Assembly: GCF_009914755.1 (NCBI RefSeq)
Contig: NC_060926.1
Reading direction: 5' to 3' (one strand)
Source: the human T2T-CHM13v2.0 reference genome, Homo sapiens
DNA length: 64,000 nt
Shown here piece by piece: positions 14,551-33,464 of the stretch. The first letter of the stretch is position 1, and every line of letters begins with the position of its first letter. A program made the position numbers and the translations under genes. The notes under the pieces were generated by a model, which ran no database searches, was not told the DNA's origin, and was given only the letters and a program-made list of their open reading frames with translations.

Positions 14551-14818
14551 GGCTGGGCATGGTGGCTCACGCCTGTAATCCTAGCACTTTGGGAGGCTGA
14601 CGCTGAGGTCAGGAGTTTGAAACCAGCCTGGCCAATGTGGTGAAACCCCCTCTCTAGTAAAAATACAAAAATTAGCTTGGCGTGGTGACGTGTGCCTGTA
14701 ATCCCAGCTACTCAAGAGGCTGAGGCAGGAGAATCACTTGAATCCTGGAGGCAGAGATTGCAGTGAGCCGAGATCGTTCCACTGCACTCCCGCCTAAAAC
14801 TCCATCTCAAAAAAAAAG
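14551..14818 (+). mobile_element. AluS with small left-arm deletion
   Basis: Alu dimer with an A tail. Confidence 0.88.
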
Positions 14819-15377
14819 CAGGTGTTTTACTCTTAAAATAAGACATTAAAAAAATACTTCTGTTGTCTCCCCTCTTAGAACTGGTAATCTCTTCCTTCTC
14901 CACCCTCATCCCCTGCTGTGATTCTATATTGAAATATCATTGTATTTTGTGCCAGATGTCTTTGTATAAAACCAACTTAGTTCTGTGAGAAGAGTTGTAC
15001 GTTTTTAATATTTTTGTTCTTTTTGTAGACTGCAGGAACAAAAATAGCCTTCCTATAGTAAGGTGGCAATTCACATTAAGAATGTAGATAAGCAAATTTA
15101 AACTTTTAAATGTAATTTGTCTAAAAAAATTGAAAAACAGTGTATAGTAAAAATCTCTCCTCCAACCAACGGAAAGTACTTTTATGTAAGATCCTTTAAG
15201 TTACTGACTTGAATCTTTACGTAAGGTAATTTGCTAGTATCTATTTTATAAATAATGTTATTTAATACTGTTTTATTTTCTATAGAATCCTGGTGTTTTT
15301 CCATGTAAATTTTTAAAAATTCTTAAAGTATGTATCCCTCATTTTCCCCTATAGTTGTTTGCTTCTACTTCTGTTTT

Positions 15378-16289
<912 letters not shown>

Positions 16290-16343
16290 AGCTCTTTATA
16301 GTTTAAGAGGAAGGATAAACCTTAAGAGATCACAACACTATAT

Positions 16344-16873
16344 TTGTGTCAGGGATCCACAAGACTGCCTCCATGTTTGGAGATTTGCTAGAAGGACTCA
16401 TGGGATCAGCTTAGGGTTGTAATGGCTAAGATTTATTACTGTAACATAGTATGGATATATAGTAGAAAGATCTCAATGGCAAAAGACACTGACAGAGTCT
16501 GGAAAAATCCATGTACCGGCTTCCTTATGTGCTGTGCCTTCCATGAGGATCACACAGACTACCTTCTTTCCCCCTTAATGAAAATACAACAACCTATGTG
16601 ACTTCCCAAGAAACACAGTTTTTATCTTGGCTGGTCACATATGTGTACTCTGCCTAGCATGTGTGAAATTTCCAGACTCACAAAAAGAATAGCAGGATAA
16701 GCCACATTATTTCCATAGTCTAGATACAGTAAACCATGATTACCAGTTAGGGAACCCTCTTGAAATTCAAGTCCTCAGAAGCCAGCCTAGGACCAACTGT
16801 GCAGACAGACAGACCCTCCTTCACAGGATAATATAATAGTCTCAGATCTGCGTTGTTAATTTTTGTTTGCATA
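16344..16873 (-). mobile_element. ERVL-type solo LTR (MER77/MER21 family)
   Basis: tgtgtcagggatccacaagact..gatttgctagaaggactca..gatttattac..ttccagactc..gttaatttttgtttgcata. Confidence 0.65.
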
Positions 16874-17414
16874 GAGTTTTATAATTGGAAGGTGTCTTAA
16901 ATGCTACATATTTCTGTCTAATGGACTTTAGTAAGAGTGTTGTATAGTATACAACATGGAATTATTCTCCATTATAGGCAGGCTGTGATAAGTGTTCTAA
17001 TGTTTATACAAAAGAACTCTGTAACTTTGAGCAGAGTAAAGAGAGTGTTAACGATACTTTTGACTGCAAATAGTGGAAAAATGTTGTGTTTAACTCTGAA
17101 ATATGCTTTGCCTGATATTAGTATTTCTACTCTAGCTTTCTCTTGACTAGCGTAAGCATGGTATATATTATTCCATTCTTTTATTTTAACCTGTTTGCAT
17201 CTTTGTATTTAACTTGTGTTTCTTGAAGGCGATAGTTTTATTTCTCTGATAAAAACATATAAGAAGACAATCACATTAAATGTATATGGTCTAAAACCTC
17301 TGCTTTTTAATTGGGGGTATTTAGACCATGTACATTTAATATGATTGTCTTCTTATATGTTTTCTATTTATCTCTATCTGTTCCTTGCATTTTTCTTGCA
17401 TCCCCCACCTGCCA

Positions 17415-17684
17415 AGATGGGGTCTTGCTCTGTCACCCAAGCTAGAGTGCAGTGGTGTGATCATACCTTACTGCAGCCTTGACCTGCTAGGCTCAAGTGA
17501 TGTACCTCAGCCTCCCAATAGTGGAGACCACAGTTGTGCACCACCATACCCGGCTACTTTATTTTTTTATATATGGGGTCTCACTATGTTGTCCAGGCTG
17601 GTCTCATACTCCTGAGCTCAAGTGAGTCTCCTGCCTTGGCCACCCAGAGTGCTGGGATTACAGGTGTGAGCCATTGCACCTGGT
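17415..17684 (-). mobile_element. AluJ
   Basis: Diverged Alu dimer. Confidence 0.85.
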
Positions 17685-17702
17685 CTTCTTGCATTCTTTT
17701 AC

Positions 17703-17999
17703 TTTATTTATTTTTTTTTTTGAGAGAGAGTCTCGCTCTGTTGCCAGGCTGGAGTGCAGTGGCGCTATCTCGGCTCACTAGAGTCTCCGCCTCCTGGGTT
17801 CAAGCGATTCTCCTGCCTCAGTCTCCTGAGTAGCTGGGATTACAGGTGTGCACCACCACACCCAGCTAATTTTTGTATTTTTAGTAGAGACGGGGTTTCA
17901 CCATGTTGGCCAAGATGGTCTCGATCTCCTGACCTTGTGATCCGCTTACCTCGGCCTCCCAAAGTGCTGGGATTACAGGCGTGAGCCACCGTGCCCAGC
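17703..17999 (-). mobile_element. AluSc-like
   Basis: Full dimer with poly-T. Confidence 0.9.
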
Positions 18000-20290
18000 T
18001 TATATTATTTATTATGATTCCAGTTTGCCTCCTTTTATTACTTTTACCTATTTTTAAAAATTATTTTTGTGGTTCCTTTAAGATTATAGTGCACATTTAG
18101 AGAGGTCTACCTTCAAGTAATATTGTACACTTCATCTATAATAAAAGCATTCCTTCATTTACTTTCTTTTCCTCCCTCCTGCACTTTGTGCTATTGCTGC
18201 CATGCATTTGACTTTTACATATGTCATAAACTCTGTAATATTTTGCTGTTTTTTTATTAAACATGTATCTCTTAGAGATTTAAATAATAAAAAATTTAAA
18301 AGATGTTTGCTCATATAGTTACCACTTTGGTGCTCTTTATTCCTTAGTATTGATCCAGATTTTCATCTGACATCATTTTGTTTCTGAAGAATATCCTTTA
18401 ACATTTCTTGCAGTGAAGGTCTCCTGGTGATGAATTATTTCATTATTTATGTTTCTGGTGTGTCTTTATTTCACCTTCATTTTTGAAAGATATTTTTGCC
18501 AGGCATAGAATTCTAGTTGGCCTTTTTTCTTCTAGAACTTTAGAGATGTACCGCTGTCTTCTCACTTGCATTGTTTCTCAAAAGAAATCTGATGTTGTTC
18601 TTATCTTTGTTCTTCTATAGGTAACATGTCTTTTTATACACCTGCTATTAATAATGTTTCCTTGATTTTGAACAATTTGATTATGTTATCCCTTAGTGTA
18701 ATTTTCTTCATGTTTCTTGTGCTTGGGGTTTGCTGAGTTTCTTGGATCCGTGAGTTAATAGGTCTTCTTATGGCTAGAACATTTTCAGCAGTTGTTTCTT
18801 CAAGTATTTTTTTCTCTTTCTTTTTTTTCTCCTTTGGGAACTCCAGTTACCTGCATATTATTAGGCCATTTGAAGTTGCCTGACTGCTCACTGATGCTTT
18901 TTAAAAATCACTTTTTAAGATTTTTTTTTCTTTTTGTACTTTAGCTAGTGTCTGTTCTTGTATCTTCAAGTTTGCTAATCTTTTCTTCTGCAGTTTCTAA
19001 TCTGCTTTAGTTCATCCAATGTAATTTTCATCTCAAATGTTTTTGTCTTTGAAAGTTTGATTTTGGCTTTTCTTGTTTATCTCCCATGTCTCTATTTAAT
19101 GTTTTGATTATATGAGATACATGTATAAAAACAGTTTTAATGTCCTCCTCTGCTAATTTTAACATCTATTTAAGTTCTGGGTCAGTTTTGATTGATTATT
19201 TTCAGTTTGCATCATGATTGTCTGCTGCTTTTTATGCCTGGTAATCCTCATTTAGTTGTAAAATTTACCGACAAAAGCAAAGTGACAAAAGGAGATAGGA
19301 AATATCATGAAAACAATTTCTCTAAAAAAAAAAACTTATGATGCCTAATCCCCTGAATAAAGACATTTAAGCCTTTCTTGCTTCATATTTAGACAAAAAT
19401 CTTCCTGCTTATGTTCCTATTTCATCTCTGAAAACAGTGTAAGCAACCGGTTGTCCGAGGCACCATTCTTGGACAGTAATAATGTGCTGTCCTTAGTATA
19501 TGAAGATGTAATTACTGTAGTAGCAACAAAAACCTAAGCTTTTGGATTGGATTCTGTTTTGGTTTTATTTTCTTCTACCACTACAATAAATGACACATAA
19601 TCTTTCACTCTTAACGATAAATGGTGCATAATTTTAAGACAATTATGTGGAATTCAGAGAGAAATTCATACTCATGGAACACGATTTATATTCTGTGAAG
19701 TGTTAACAATGACTTAATGAATGAACACGTAATCTGATTTAACTAACACCATCTTATTAATTGATATTACATACACAGATCAAAATTTTGTAATATACTG
19801 AACAGGACTTAACAGAAAACTACATATATGTAAGTGATTAATAATCTTTCAATACGATGATGAAGCCAACAGAAAACTATAAAAACTATATTTGAGAAAG
19901 ATGGAAAGTGGTAATAGGAGTATATATGTTCTCCAATTCTAAATTAGAGAAAATCTTACGAGTCAGCAAGTTAACACTTAATTTGATTATTTTTGATGTT
20001 ACCAGCCCCAGAAATAGCATTCTGAAACAGATTACAGGCTTTCTTCTTTCTATTTGTTGATACATCAACTACCACAACTCACCTTTCATTTTGTTGCTAA
20101 ATTTTCAGAATAAAGTGTGTGTGTGTGTGTTAAAATTCTCCTGCTAAAATAATCTTTCTATGTTCTTACATATTTAGGTTTGGAATATGGTTCATGATGG
20201 CAGAATTGTCCAGGTCAATATAGTAAAATACTCTGACCAAGACAGTAGGACCCAGACTCAAGCTGGGGAAGAGATAAATAAGCTCAGTTA

Positions 20291-20978
<688 letters not shown>

Positions 20979-21394
20979 CTTGCTGCATAGACATGACCAT
21001 ATTCATTTGAAAGCAAGTTAGTAAATATGTATCCTGAAAAGATAGTTTAGAAAAGAAACTTACAGACCATGACCAGAGTGATTATAAAACATTCTCTTAA
21101 CAGTTAGCAGGTGGAATAAAAAGTGTATTCTTTAAAATGATTTCATTACTAGTAAATAGTTCTATAAGGAAAAGTAGGGGGAAAAAGGCAAAGAAATATG
21201 AAACTAAGTCAATGAAAAGCAAATAGGCTATGATCACACATCTAAAGGCCATGAACATGGCAAAGAGTATTTTAAAGAATCTAAAAAGTGTACTTTGAAT
21301 TTTAAAGTATTTTAAGAGATTAATTTTATAAAAGGAAAAACAGTGTTATCACGCAGAAGGACCATATTTAGTATAATCAAAAGTTTAAGAAATT

Positions 21395-21705
21395 GGCCAG
21401 GCGTGGTGGCTCACACCAGTAATATCAGCATTTTGGGAGGCCGAGGCGGGTGGATCGGATCACCTGAGGTCAGGAGTTCAAGATCAGCCTCGCTGACATG
21501 GCAAAACACCACCTCTGCTAAAAGCACAAAAATTAGCCAGGTGTGGTGATGCACACGGGTAATCACAGCTACTTGGGAGGCTGAGGCATGAGAATTGCTT
21601 GAATCTGGGAGGCAGAGGTTGCAGTGAGCCACGATCATGTCACTGCACTCCCGCCTGGGCAATAGAGCAAGATTCTGTCTCAATCAAAAAAAAAAAAAAA
21701 AAAAA
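21395..21705 (+). mobile_element. AluSx-like
   Basis: Full dimer. TSD AGTTTAAGAAATT. Confidence 0.9.
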
Positions 21706-22261
21706 GAGTTTAAGAAATTAAGGAAAGCTGAGTGTAATGAAACCTTTTCAAGGGTAGTAGTGGTATAGCTCAAACCTGGTTTGAATTCCAGCTTTGTCAC
21801 TTACTGGGTAAGTAAGTAGCAGCCTTAAGCCCAACTGGTGTTTGCTATTTGCACGTATTTTCATAAATAAAAGTGGTCTGTAATGTTTTTACAGTGTTGT
21901 CAAACTTCAAGATTATTAAAACTATTAATATCCTGTTTAATGTTTAAGAATAAATAACTATTTGATATCTTTTAACTACTGTCCTATCACTGACTTTTAA
22001 GACTCTTACTGACAATTTTGTGATTTTTTCATGTAATCATCCTTTATATCTTACTTAGCAAGTTCTCTATTAGACATATGTCTGCTGAATGAAACTCAAT
22101 TACAGATATTTTTGAACATTTATTAAATTTAAATTATATTTGTACTTGTAAGAAATATTTAAACAATGCTTTGTTTTTCTAAAATAAAAGAAAACTAATA
22201 GCACAAACCTTCATTTTCTAAGTGTGTCAAGTTGTTTTGTTTTTTTTATTTGCTTGTGTGT

Positions 22262-22557
22262 TTGTTTTTTGAGACTGAGTCTCCCTCTGTCGCCAGGCTG
22301 GAGTGCAGGGTGTGAGCTCGGCTCACTGCAACTTCCAACTTGCTGGTTCAAGTGATTCTCCTGCCTCAGCCTCCCAAGTAGCTGGAATTACAGGCATGTG
22401 CCCCTACGCTCGGCTAATTTTTTTTTTTTTTTTTGTATTTTTAGTATAGACCGAGTTTCACCACGTTGGCCAGGATGGTCTCCTCCTGACCTCGTGATCC
22501 ACCCGCCTCGGCCTCCCAAAGTGCTGGGATTACAGGTGTGAGCCACTGTGCCTGGCC
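22262..22557 (-). mobile_element. AluSc-like
   Basis: Full dimer with an expanded linker. Confidence 0.88.
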
Positions 22558-22645
22558 TATTTTAACTGTTTTATGTCTTCTGGTTTCGTGTGACAATGAA
22601 ATGAGTTAATATTTCCTGCCTGCACCAACCACATTTAGGCTCTAC

Positions 22646-22723
22646 CTTAATTGTTGATGAGGTCTTGGAGCCTCCCTTCTGCTCCCAGAGGCTTTTCTTG
22701 CTCATGTCTCCAGCCACAATATC
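22646..22723 (-). pseudogene. LSP1-derived exon (78 bp) encoding DIVAGDMSKKSLWEQKGGSKTSSTIK
   Basis: Bounded by cccccag| and |gtagag. The 26 codons match the next LSP1 exon and are in frame with the 135-bp exon. Confidence 0.93.
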
Positions 22724-23093
22724 CTGGGGGCAGCAGAAGGGTATGTCACAAGGGCAGACCCCTGGATCTTGGGGAGTAGAAGCCCTGGGCCCTTCTCTCC
22801 TGCCTTGCCTTACCTGGCCAGGGGGCCTGGGATCTGCCTACCAAAACTTTTTCTGTGCGATCCCAGTGGAAGAAGCAGGGAAAGGAATAAAGGTGCCATC
22901 CACCTCCACTCGGACAACACAGCCTTCTACACCAGCAAGGGTGAACCCAACCCTACTGCAATACCTCAGGGTTCTGTCTGCCCACATTCATCCTGGACAG
23001 TCCCACGCTTGTCTTAACAAGGAAACCTGGCCTGCTACTAAACTCCCCGGTGCTGGCTCTGCAGCCCAGCCTTGCCCCTGGAGGGGACCTTAC

Positions 23094-23228
23094 CTTGCAG
23101 GACGGAGTCTTGGCCGCAGACTGAGCCTGTACCTCACCCGTCTCCCACCAACTCTTGGTACTGGACGCAGCCATGCTGGGCAGCTCTATGGAGGCCTGGC
23201 GGGCTAGCTTGGGGGTCTGGCCAGCAGT
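23094..23228 (-). pseudogene. LSP1-derived exon (135 bp) encoding TAGQTPKLARQASIELPSMAASSTKSWWETGEVQAQSAAKTPSCK
   Basis: Bounded by ctctgcag| and |gtaagg. Open in phase 0. Nearly identical to LSP1 TAGRTPKLARQASIELPSMAVASTKSRWETGEVQAQSAAKTPSCK. Confidence 0.93.
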
Positions 23229-23512
23229 CTGCAGAGGAGGAAAAGCATCAGGATTACCTTAGTGGACAGCCACCGTGGTCACATCAGAGGGTCACACTGG
23301 GCAACCCTCTGCTTTGTGTTTGTGTTTTCCCTGGGAGCGATTTCCCAATGCAGCCCTAGAGTGGGGATCACTGGAAAGATGTGCCTTCCTCCATTCAATG
23401 CAATTGTGAGACACCTCCCTTTCCTGAAGAGCATCAGGGAGATGATGGCGCACAAGACAGATGTGGGTCTGCCTCCATGCTGCTCATGGGGTAGGGCTGG
23501 GGGACCATGGGA

Positions 23513-23710
23513 TGGATGGAGGGACATTGAATGGATGGAGGGACAGTGGTTAAATTGCAGAGTATTGGTTGGATGGAGGAGCATTGATTAGATGGAGGAC
23601 TATTGGTTGTATAGAAAGGTGTTGATGAAGGAATATTGATTGGATGGAGGAGTACTGATTATATGAGGGAGTATTTGTTAGATGGAGGGGCACTGATTGA
23701 ATGCAGTAGT
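23513..23710. repeat. Degenerate ~19-bp minisatellite (GGATGGAGGAGCATTGATT-like, ~10 units)
   Basis: Recurrent ggatggagg...attgatt/attggtt units at roughly 19-nt spacing. Confidence 0.75.
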
Positions 23711-26700
23711 AGCCGCGTGGCTGGGGGCTGCTGGGCCTCGTTCCACATGGGGAGGCAGAGCCTGGGGTGCAGGGGCCCTCATGCTCACTCACGCTCCCAC
23801 TCACGATCCAGCCCCTCCAAATGGAGGGCGGCGCAGAGCTGGGGCAGAGTATTGAGGAGGTGGAGGGGTTCCACGGAGGAGAAGCCTGGCCATGTTGCTC
23901 CCCATGTTCCCATGTCCCAGCCCCTCCATGTGAGCAAGGTCTCAGCTGGGGTGTGTGTCCTTGGGCCTGGGGCATGAGATGGAGCCCAAGCTCCTCCTTG
24001 GACCTGGGCTTCCAATGGGTCCAGGGCCCTCACTCCAGCTCCACAGACCCCCTCCACCAAGCCATGGGGGGGCGTGGCTTGGAAGCACACATTGGCACAG
24101 AGACCCCAGAAGCCCGTGTGCACACGTTTCCTTAGGTCCACCCCTAAGGGCAACGAGTCCGGGCCCCAACAGCCCCATAAAGGCCCTCACTCTGCTCACA
24201 GCTCATGCCCAACACATGGAGTGTGGCCGGGCGCGGGACTCCCTAGGCCTGGGGCACATGCAGGTGCACACCCAACTCACACACATTCTCCACGAGCCCA
24301 CGCTCCGGCCACACAGGCACACATGCCTGCACCCCATGCTCATACAAATATGCACGTGCTCACACACGGGAACCCTTGACATCCACGTGCATGTGCAGAC
24401 AGGCTTGGGAACAAGGGGACCACGTCCCCCTCCAGGGATCCCTTCAGGGTGCTGCAGCCTCACTTTAGTGAGGCAAACATTGACTGTTTGCCTTGCCATG
24501 GCCCCGACAACGGCGGTGCCGGCCCTGGCACGAGGCCCAGGTGTGTACTCTGGGAACATCATCCATGCAGAGCTGGGCCCCTGGAGGATCACTCTGACTG
24601 AGCTCTCCCTGGCTAGGGGCCTGGGGGACAGAGTGGGGATGCAGAGTAAGCATCTCCTGGTGTCTCCCCTAAAACCCAGTGCTGGGGAGAAGCCCCGCCA
24701 GCCCCTGGCCTCTGACCCAGCAGAGCTGAGAACGTGGAGGCCTCTGGGCCCCTTCTCCGTCTCCTCCCTTTCCCCTCCCCCAGGATATGAGTCATGCGGG
24801 CCCCCTCCCCATGACCTCACCGCATCACTATTCCACAGCTGGGCTCCGTTCTGGGAACTGAAAGGGGGGCAGCTCTCCTGGGGTGGGGTGGGGGCCTCTG
24901 GCCTGGGAAAGGCGCCCCCCGGCCAGCGGCCCAGGCCCCTTGGCATGCACCACGGAGCTGTCAGGACTCTGGGATGGCCGACCCTGCCTGTGGCCCCGGC
25001 TCAGCCCCGTGCAGCTGCGAGGGATTTGGTGTTCCTGCGCAAATGCAATTAGGCCATTTCCTATGTCTGTTCTGGCTCCGAAGTCCAAGGTTCAGCCCAA
25101 GCAGCCAGGCGGTTACGGGGGGGCTCCATCCACCTCCCACCCCAGCACACACCCCCACCCTCACAGTCCCAGGCTCCACTTCGGGGCCTGGCCCCCAGCC
25201 AGGGACACCAGTATGCACAGAACCCTGAAGGATGCCTCGTTCTGAGTGGAGCTCCCCAAGCTCAGGTCTGTTCCTGTCGGCCTCGTCCACTGCCAACCAC
25301 CCCCGACTCGGGACACTGGCCCTTCTTCTCCTTCCTCCACAGACCTCCCCACCTCTACCTCCCAGTCCCCACTGAGGGCCTGACAATGCCCATCTTCGGC
25401 CCAGCACTCCCAGCTACCCATTGCCGTCCTTCCCCTGCCTGGAAGTGCAGACACTTCCAGAATGGGTGTCCGGCTCGGTCCCCGTCCTGACTCTGCTCCC
25501 TACAGGCAGCTCCTGTGGCTGCCCCACCCAGCTGTCCTGAGCCCAGAGGTCGGCTGGAGAGGGTCGGTCCTCTCTGGGGTCCTGGGGAGTCAGGAGGCTC
25601 TGGTGAAGAGCAAGGGCTGCAGGGAGGATGTCGAGGGGAGGAGGAGCTTCTCCTCCAGGCCTGACCACAGGTCTCCTGGACACCACAGGGAGCTGGCGGG
25701 AGGACTGGGGAGTTGGGCAGGGCCTTCCACCAGGGTGGTTCGGGACTCCCTGCACAGCACTGAGGTCTCTGGTCCCCTCATTAGCCCAGCCTCCCGTGGG
25801 ATCATAGACTTGAACCCTCAAGTCACTGCAGAGCCCAAGAGTGGAGAGACACAGCACCGTGTGCCGGGAAAAGGTGCCCACAGGGGCCCTTCATGGCTGA
25901 GGCTTCCAGAGGGTAGTGGGACGGCAACCCCGCTCCCCACCAGCCGCCCACCACAGCATTCATGATACAGCTTCGGAGTGTGGGTCGGGGTCTATCTGGG
26001 AAACCAGGGCAAAGGCGGTGGCAGCTGGCAGCACCCACACCCACAGCTGGGGCACTGCTCACATGAGCCCCCATCAGCAGGCCCCTTGGTTGTGCCACAG
26101 GCAGGGGTCCTGCCCCAGGGAGGGGGTAGTCCGTGGGGGGGGGCTCGAGGGTGTGGCACAGGCCAGCTGTCACTCCTCCCTGGAGAGGCAGCTGGGGACG
26201 CAGCTGGGAGGGGAGCCAGGAGCAGAGACAGCCCGGGGCCAGCAGGTGGGTGACAGGTGGGGCAGCGGGAGGGGCACGTGCTGTCCTCCTGGGGCTGGGG
26301 TATAGAGACGGGAACCTGCCCCCCAATGCCTGGTGCTGGCCCAGCCTCCCCCCGGGGCCTCTAGCACCTTCCCAGTTGTGTCTGCACCCTCCTGGGCGTG
26401 GCGGGGGAGGGTGGGGGTCAACCCCTTTCCTTGTAGTCCCGCGCCAGTGGGCAAGGGAGACGCCCCAGTGAGCAGGAGCCTAGCCTCTCTGCCTGGGGAG
26501 GCCAGGTGATGAGCCACCCGGAGTGGGAGGAGGCCTTGAACTTGGGTCTGAAAGATGAGCAGGGGTTTGCTGGGCCGGGTACAGGCAAAAGCTAATGCAG
26601 GAAGGCAGAGAGCAGGAGCGCTTAGAGGGAGTGGCTCTGTGCAGCCGGAGTCAGATGGGTGACCCTCACTCAGGAGGAAGCACTGGGACCCTCTCTCCTC

Positions 26701-27674
26701 ACGCTGGGTCCCCCGCCTCCCTCTAGGATCCCCACACCCAGGTCCTTCTGGGCCTCTGCCACACAGATCAGGTCTGGAAGGCTCCCTGGAGGAGGCGGCG
26801 CCTAGACTTGGACATAGGCCTGCAGAGCTGATTTCTCTCACAACCCTGGGAAGACAGAACTCCTCAGCGGGTTGATGTGGAGGAGAGCGGAGCCTCCCTC
26901 CAAGGCACCAGTCCAGTGCTGGGGGCGACACAGAGAGCCAGAAGCTGGCGGGGGTGGGAGGCTCTGCCCCCCAAGGGCTTTACATGCCGAAGCCCCATGG
27001 CCGAGCTGGGACCCAGGGTCAGCCCAGGCAGGCCGCGAGAAAGGAGACTGTGGGCCCCACCCCATCACAGAGGGAGGAGGTGCTGTGCCCGCTGGGGGGG
27101 CAGCTGCCCCTCTCTGGGCCCTTTGGGTGGGAAGAGGCTTGGTGAGGTAGAAAGCCCAGCCCCTGCCAGCAGCGTTGCCTTCTCACAGTGGCAGCCCTTT
27201 GTAACCCGGGGGGGTCCCTGCAGGGCCTCTCCCTGTCTTCTCACCATGGGGCAGCATTTGGGGGCCTCTTGAGGGACCCCCTAGATGCTTCTACTCAGAG
27301 CCCCCAAAGCCAAGGAGCCTCCACTCCTCCGTCTGCAGCCTCCCCTGCCGGTTCTTGCTACCCAGGGTTCAGTGGCCTGGGGGCTGACAGAGGGGGTCGC
27401 CTCTGCCAAGGCCCCTCCCGGCGCCTCCCTGGCTCATCCAGCCCACCTTCCTCCCACGCTGGCTCACGCAAAGTGCTCTGGTCACCAGGAGCCCTTCCTG
27501 ACCAGCCCCGGCCCCTTCTTGGCCTTCGCCCCACCTGGCCTCCCCTGGATCCCTGACCTGGGTGCCGGGCCTGCTGGGTCCAGAGCCCACCCCGCCCTGA
27601 ACAACCCCGAGCCTCAGCCACCCTCAATTCTTACCCTTTCACAGCTGGGGAGTGGAGTCTGGGCCTGAGGTCTC

Positions 27675-28346
27675 CCGTGCGCCTCTCGGCGCCTGCGCCC
27701 GCGCTGTGCACCGCCCCGCGCCTGCGCCCGCGCTGTGCCTTTGCGAGGGCGGAGCTGCGTTGTGCTCAGCACAGACTCGGAGAGCATCGCGAGGGCGGAG
27801 CAGTGTTCTCCTTGGCACAGACCCGGGCGGGCCAGGGGCACCGCGAGGGCGGAGCTGCGTTCTGCTCAGCACAGACCAGGGGGACAACGTGAAGGCAGAG
27901 CAGCGTTCTCCTCAGCACGGACCTTGGGGGCACTGCCTCGCTTTGGGACAACTCGGGGCCGCATCGACGGTGAATAAAATCCTTCCTGTTTGCAGCCCTG
28001 AATAATCAGGGTCAGAGACCAGTTAGAAGGGTTCAGTGTGGAAAACAGGAAACCAAAAGCCCCTCTGAATCCTGCCCACCGAGGTTCTCCCCAGCCAAGG
28101 TGAGGCGGCCACAGTGCGAGATCCACACCGCAGCCTCGGAAGACAAATGCAGCATTCCTAATGCAGACATGACACTCAAAATATGACACCCCCCTTGCTC
28201 ATGTAACAAGCACCTGTAGTGCTAATGCACTGCCTCGACACAAAAACATTAATATAAGATCCACAATCCCCTCGCTGCCGTGCAGTCCTAAGACAGCGAT
28301 CATAATAATCAACATTGACATAGTCAATACAAACGTAGTAACGAAC
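27675..28346 (+). repeat. TAR1 telomere-associated repeat (29-bp-type GC repeats, four ~46-54-bp GCGAGGGCGGAGCTGCGTTCT..CAGCACAGAC units, telomere-proximal TAR1 body)
   Basis: gcgcctgcgccc units at ~27690 and ~27718. Repeat units start at 27743, 27789, 27843 and 27889. The sequence is typical of human subtelomeres and directly precedes TTAGGG repeats. Confidence 0.9.
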
Positions 28347-28568
28347 CTAGGGTTAAGGTTGGTGTTAGGGGTTAAGTTTAGGGTTAGGGGTTGGAGATAG
28401 TGGTTGGGGTCAGAGTTAGGGGTTAGGAGTCAACATTTAGAGTTAGGGGTTAAGAGAGGTTGGGGGTTAGGGATTAGGGGTTAGGGTTGGGTTAGGGGGA
28501 GGGTGAGAGTTGTGGTTAGGGGTTAGGGTTAGGGATTAGGGTTAAGGTTAGGGGTCAGGGTCAGGGGT
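28347..28568 (+). repeat. Interstitial degenerate telomeric array (TTAGGG/TTAGGGG/TCAGGG/TTGGGG variants)
   Basis: About 220 bp of ttaggg-type hexamers, G-strand on +. Confidence 0.95.

Positions 28569-33464
<4,896 letters not shown>

Larger units (their letters stand above)
17090..19260 (-). mobile_element. Old L1 (L1M) ORF1/ORF2-junction region, interrupted by two Alus
   Basis: T-rich antisense L1 motifs (tttatttcaccttcatttttgaaagatatttttgc..tagaattctagttgg). Confidence 0.65.
22646..27670 (-). pseudogene. LSP1P4/LSP1P5: Unprocessed partial LSP1 (lymphocyte-specific protein 1) pseudogene / GC-rich LSP1-derived duplicon
   Basis: Two spliceable exons encode LSP1 C-terminal peptides, with the intron retained between them. 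The adjoining GC-rich 23.7-27.67 kb stretch is assigned to the same duplicon by inference. Paralog symbols are from memory of the 2p11/1q21 copies. Confidence 0.8.

Noticed and set aside
23955-27668. 365-aa, 247-aa, 253-aa and other ORFs in the GC-rich block
   Set aside because: They overlap in many frames, have low-complexity Pro/Gly/Ala composition and no recognisable domain, as expected from stop-codon scarcity at high GC.
27743-27925. Repeat-spacer-like pattern resembling a CRISPR array
   Set aside because: These are degenerate TAR1 units in primate DNA, with short related spacers and no cas genes.
28347-28568. The chromosome 2 ancestral fusion site, or a real telomere
   Set aside because: No head-to-head (CCCTAA)n array follows, and the sequence continues into L1.
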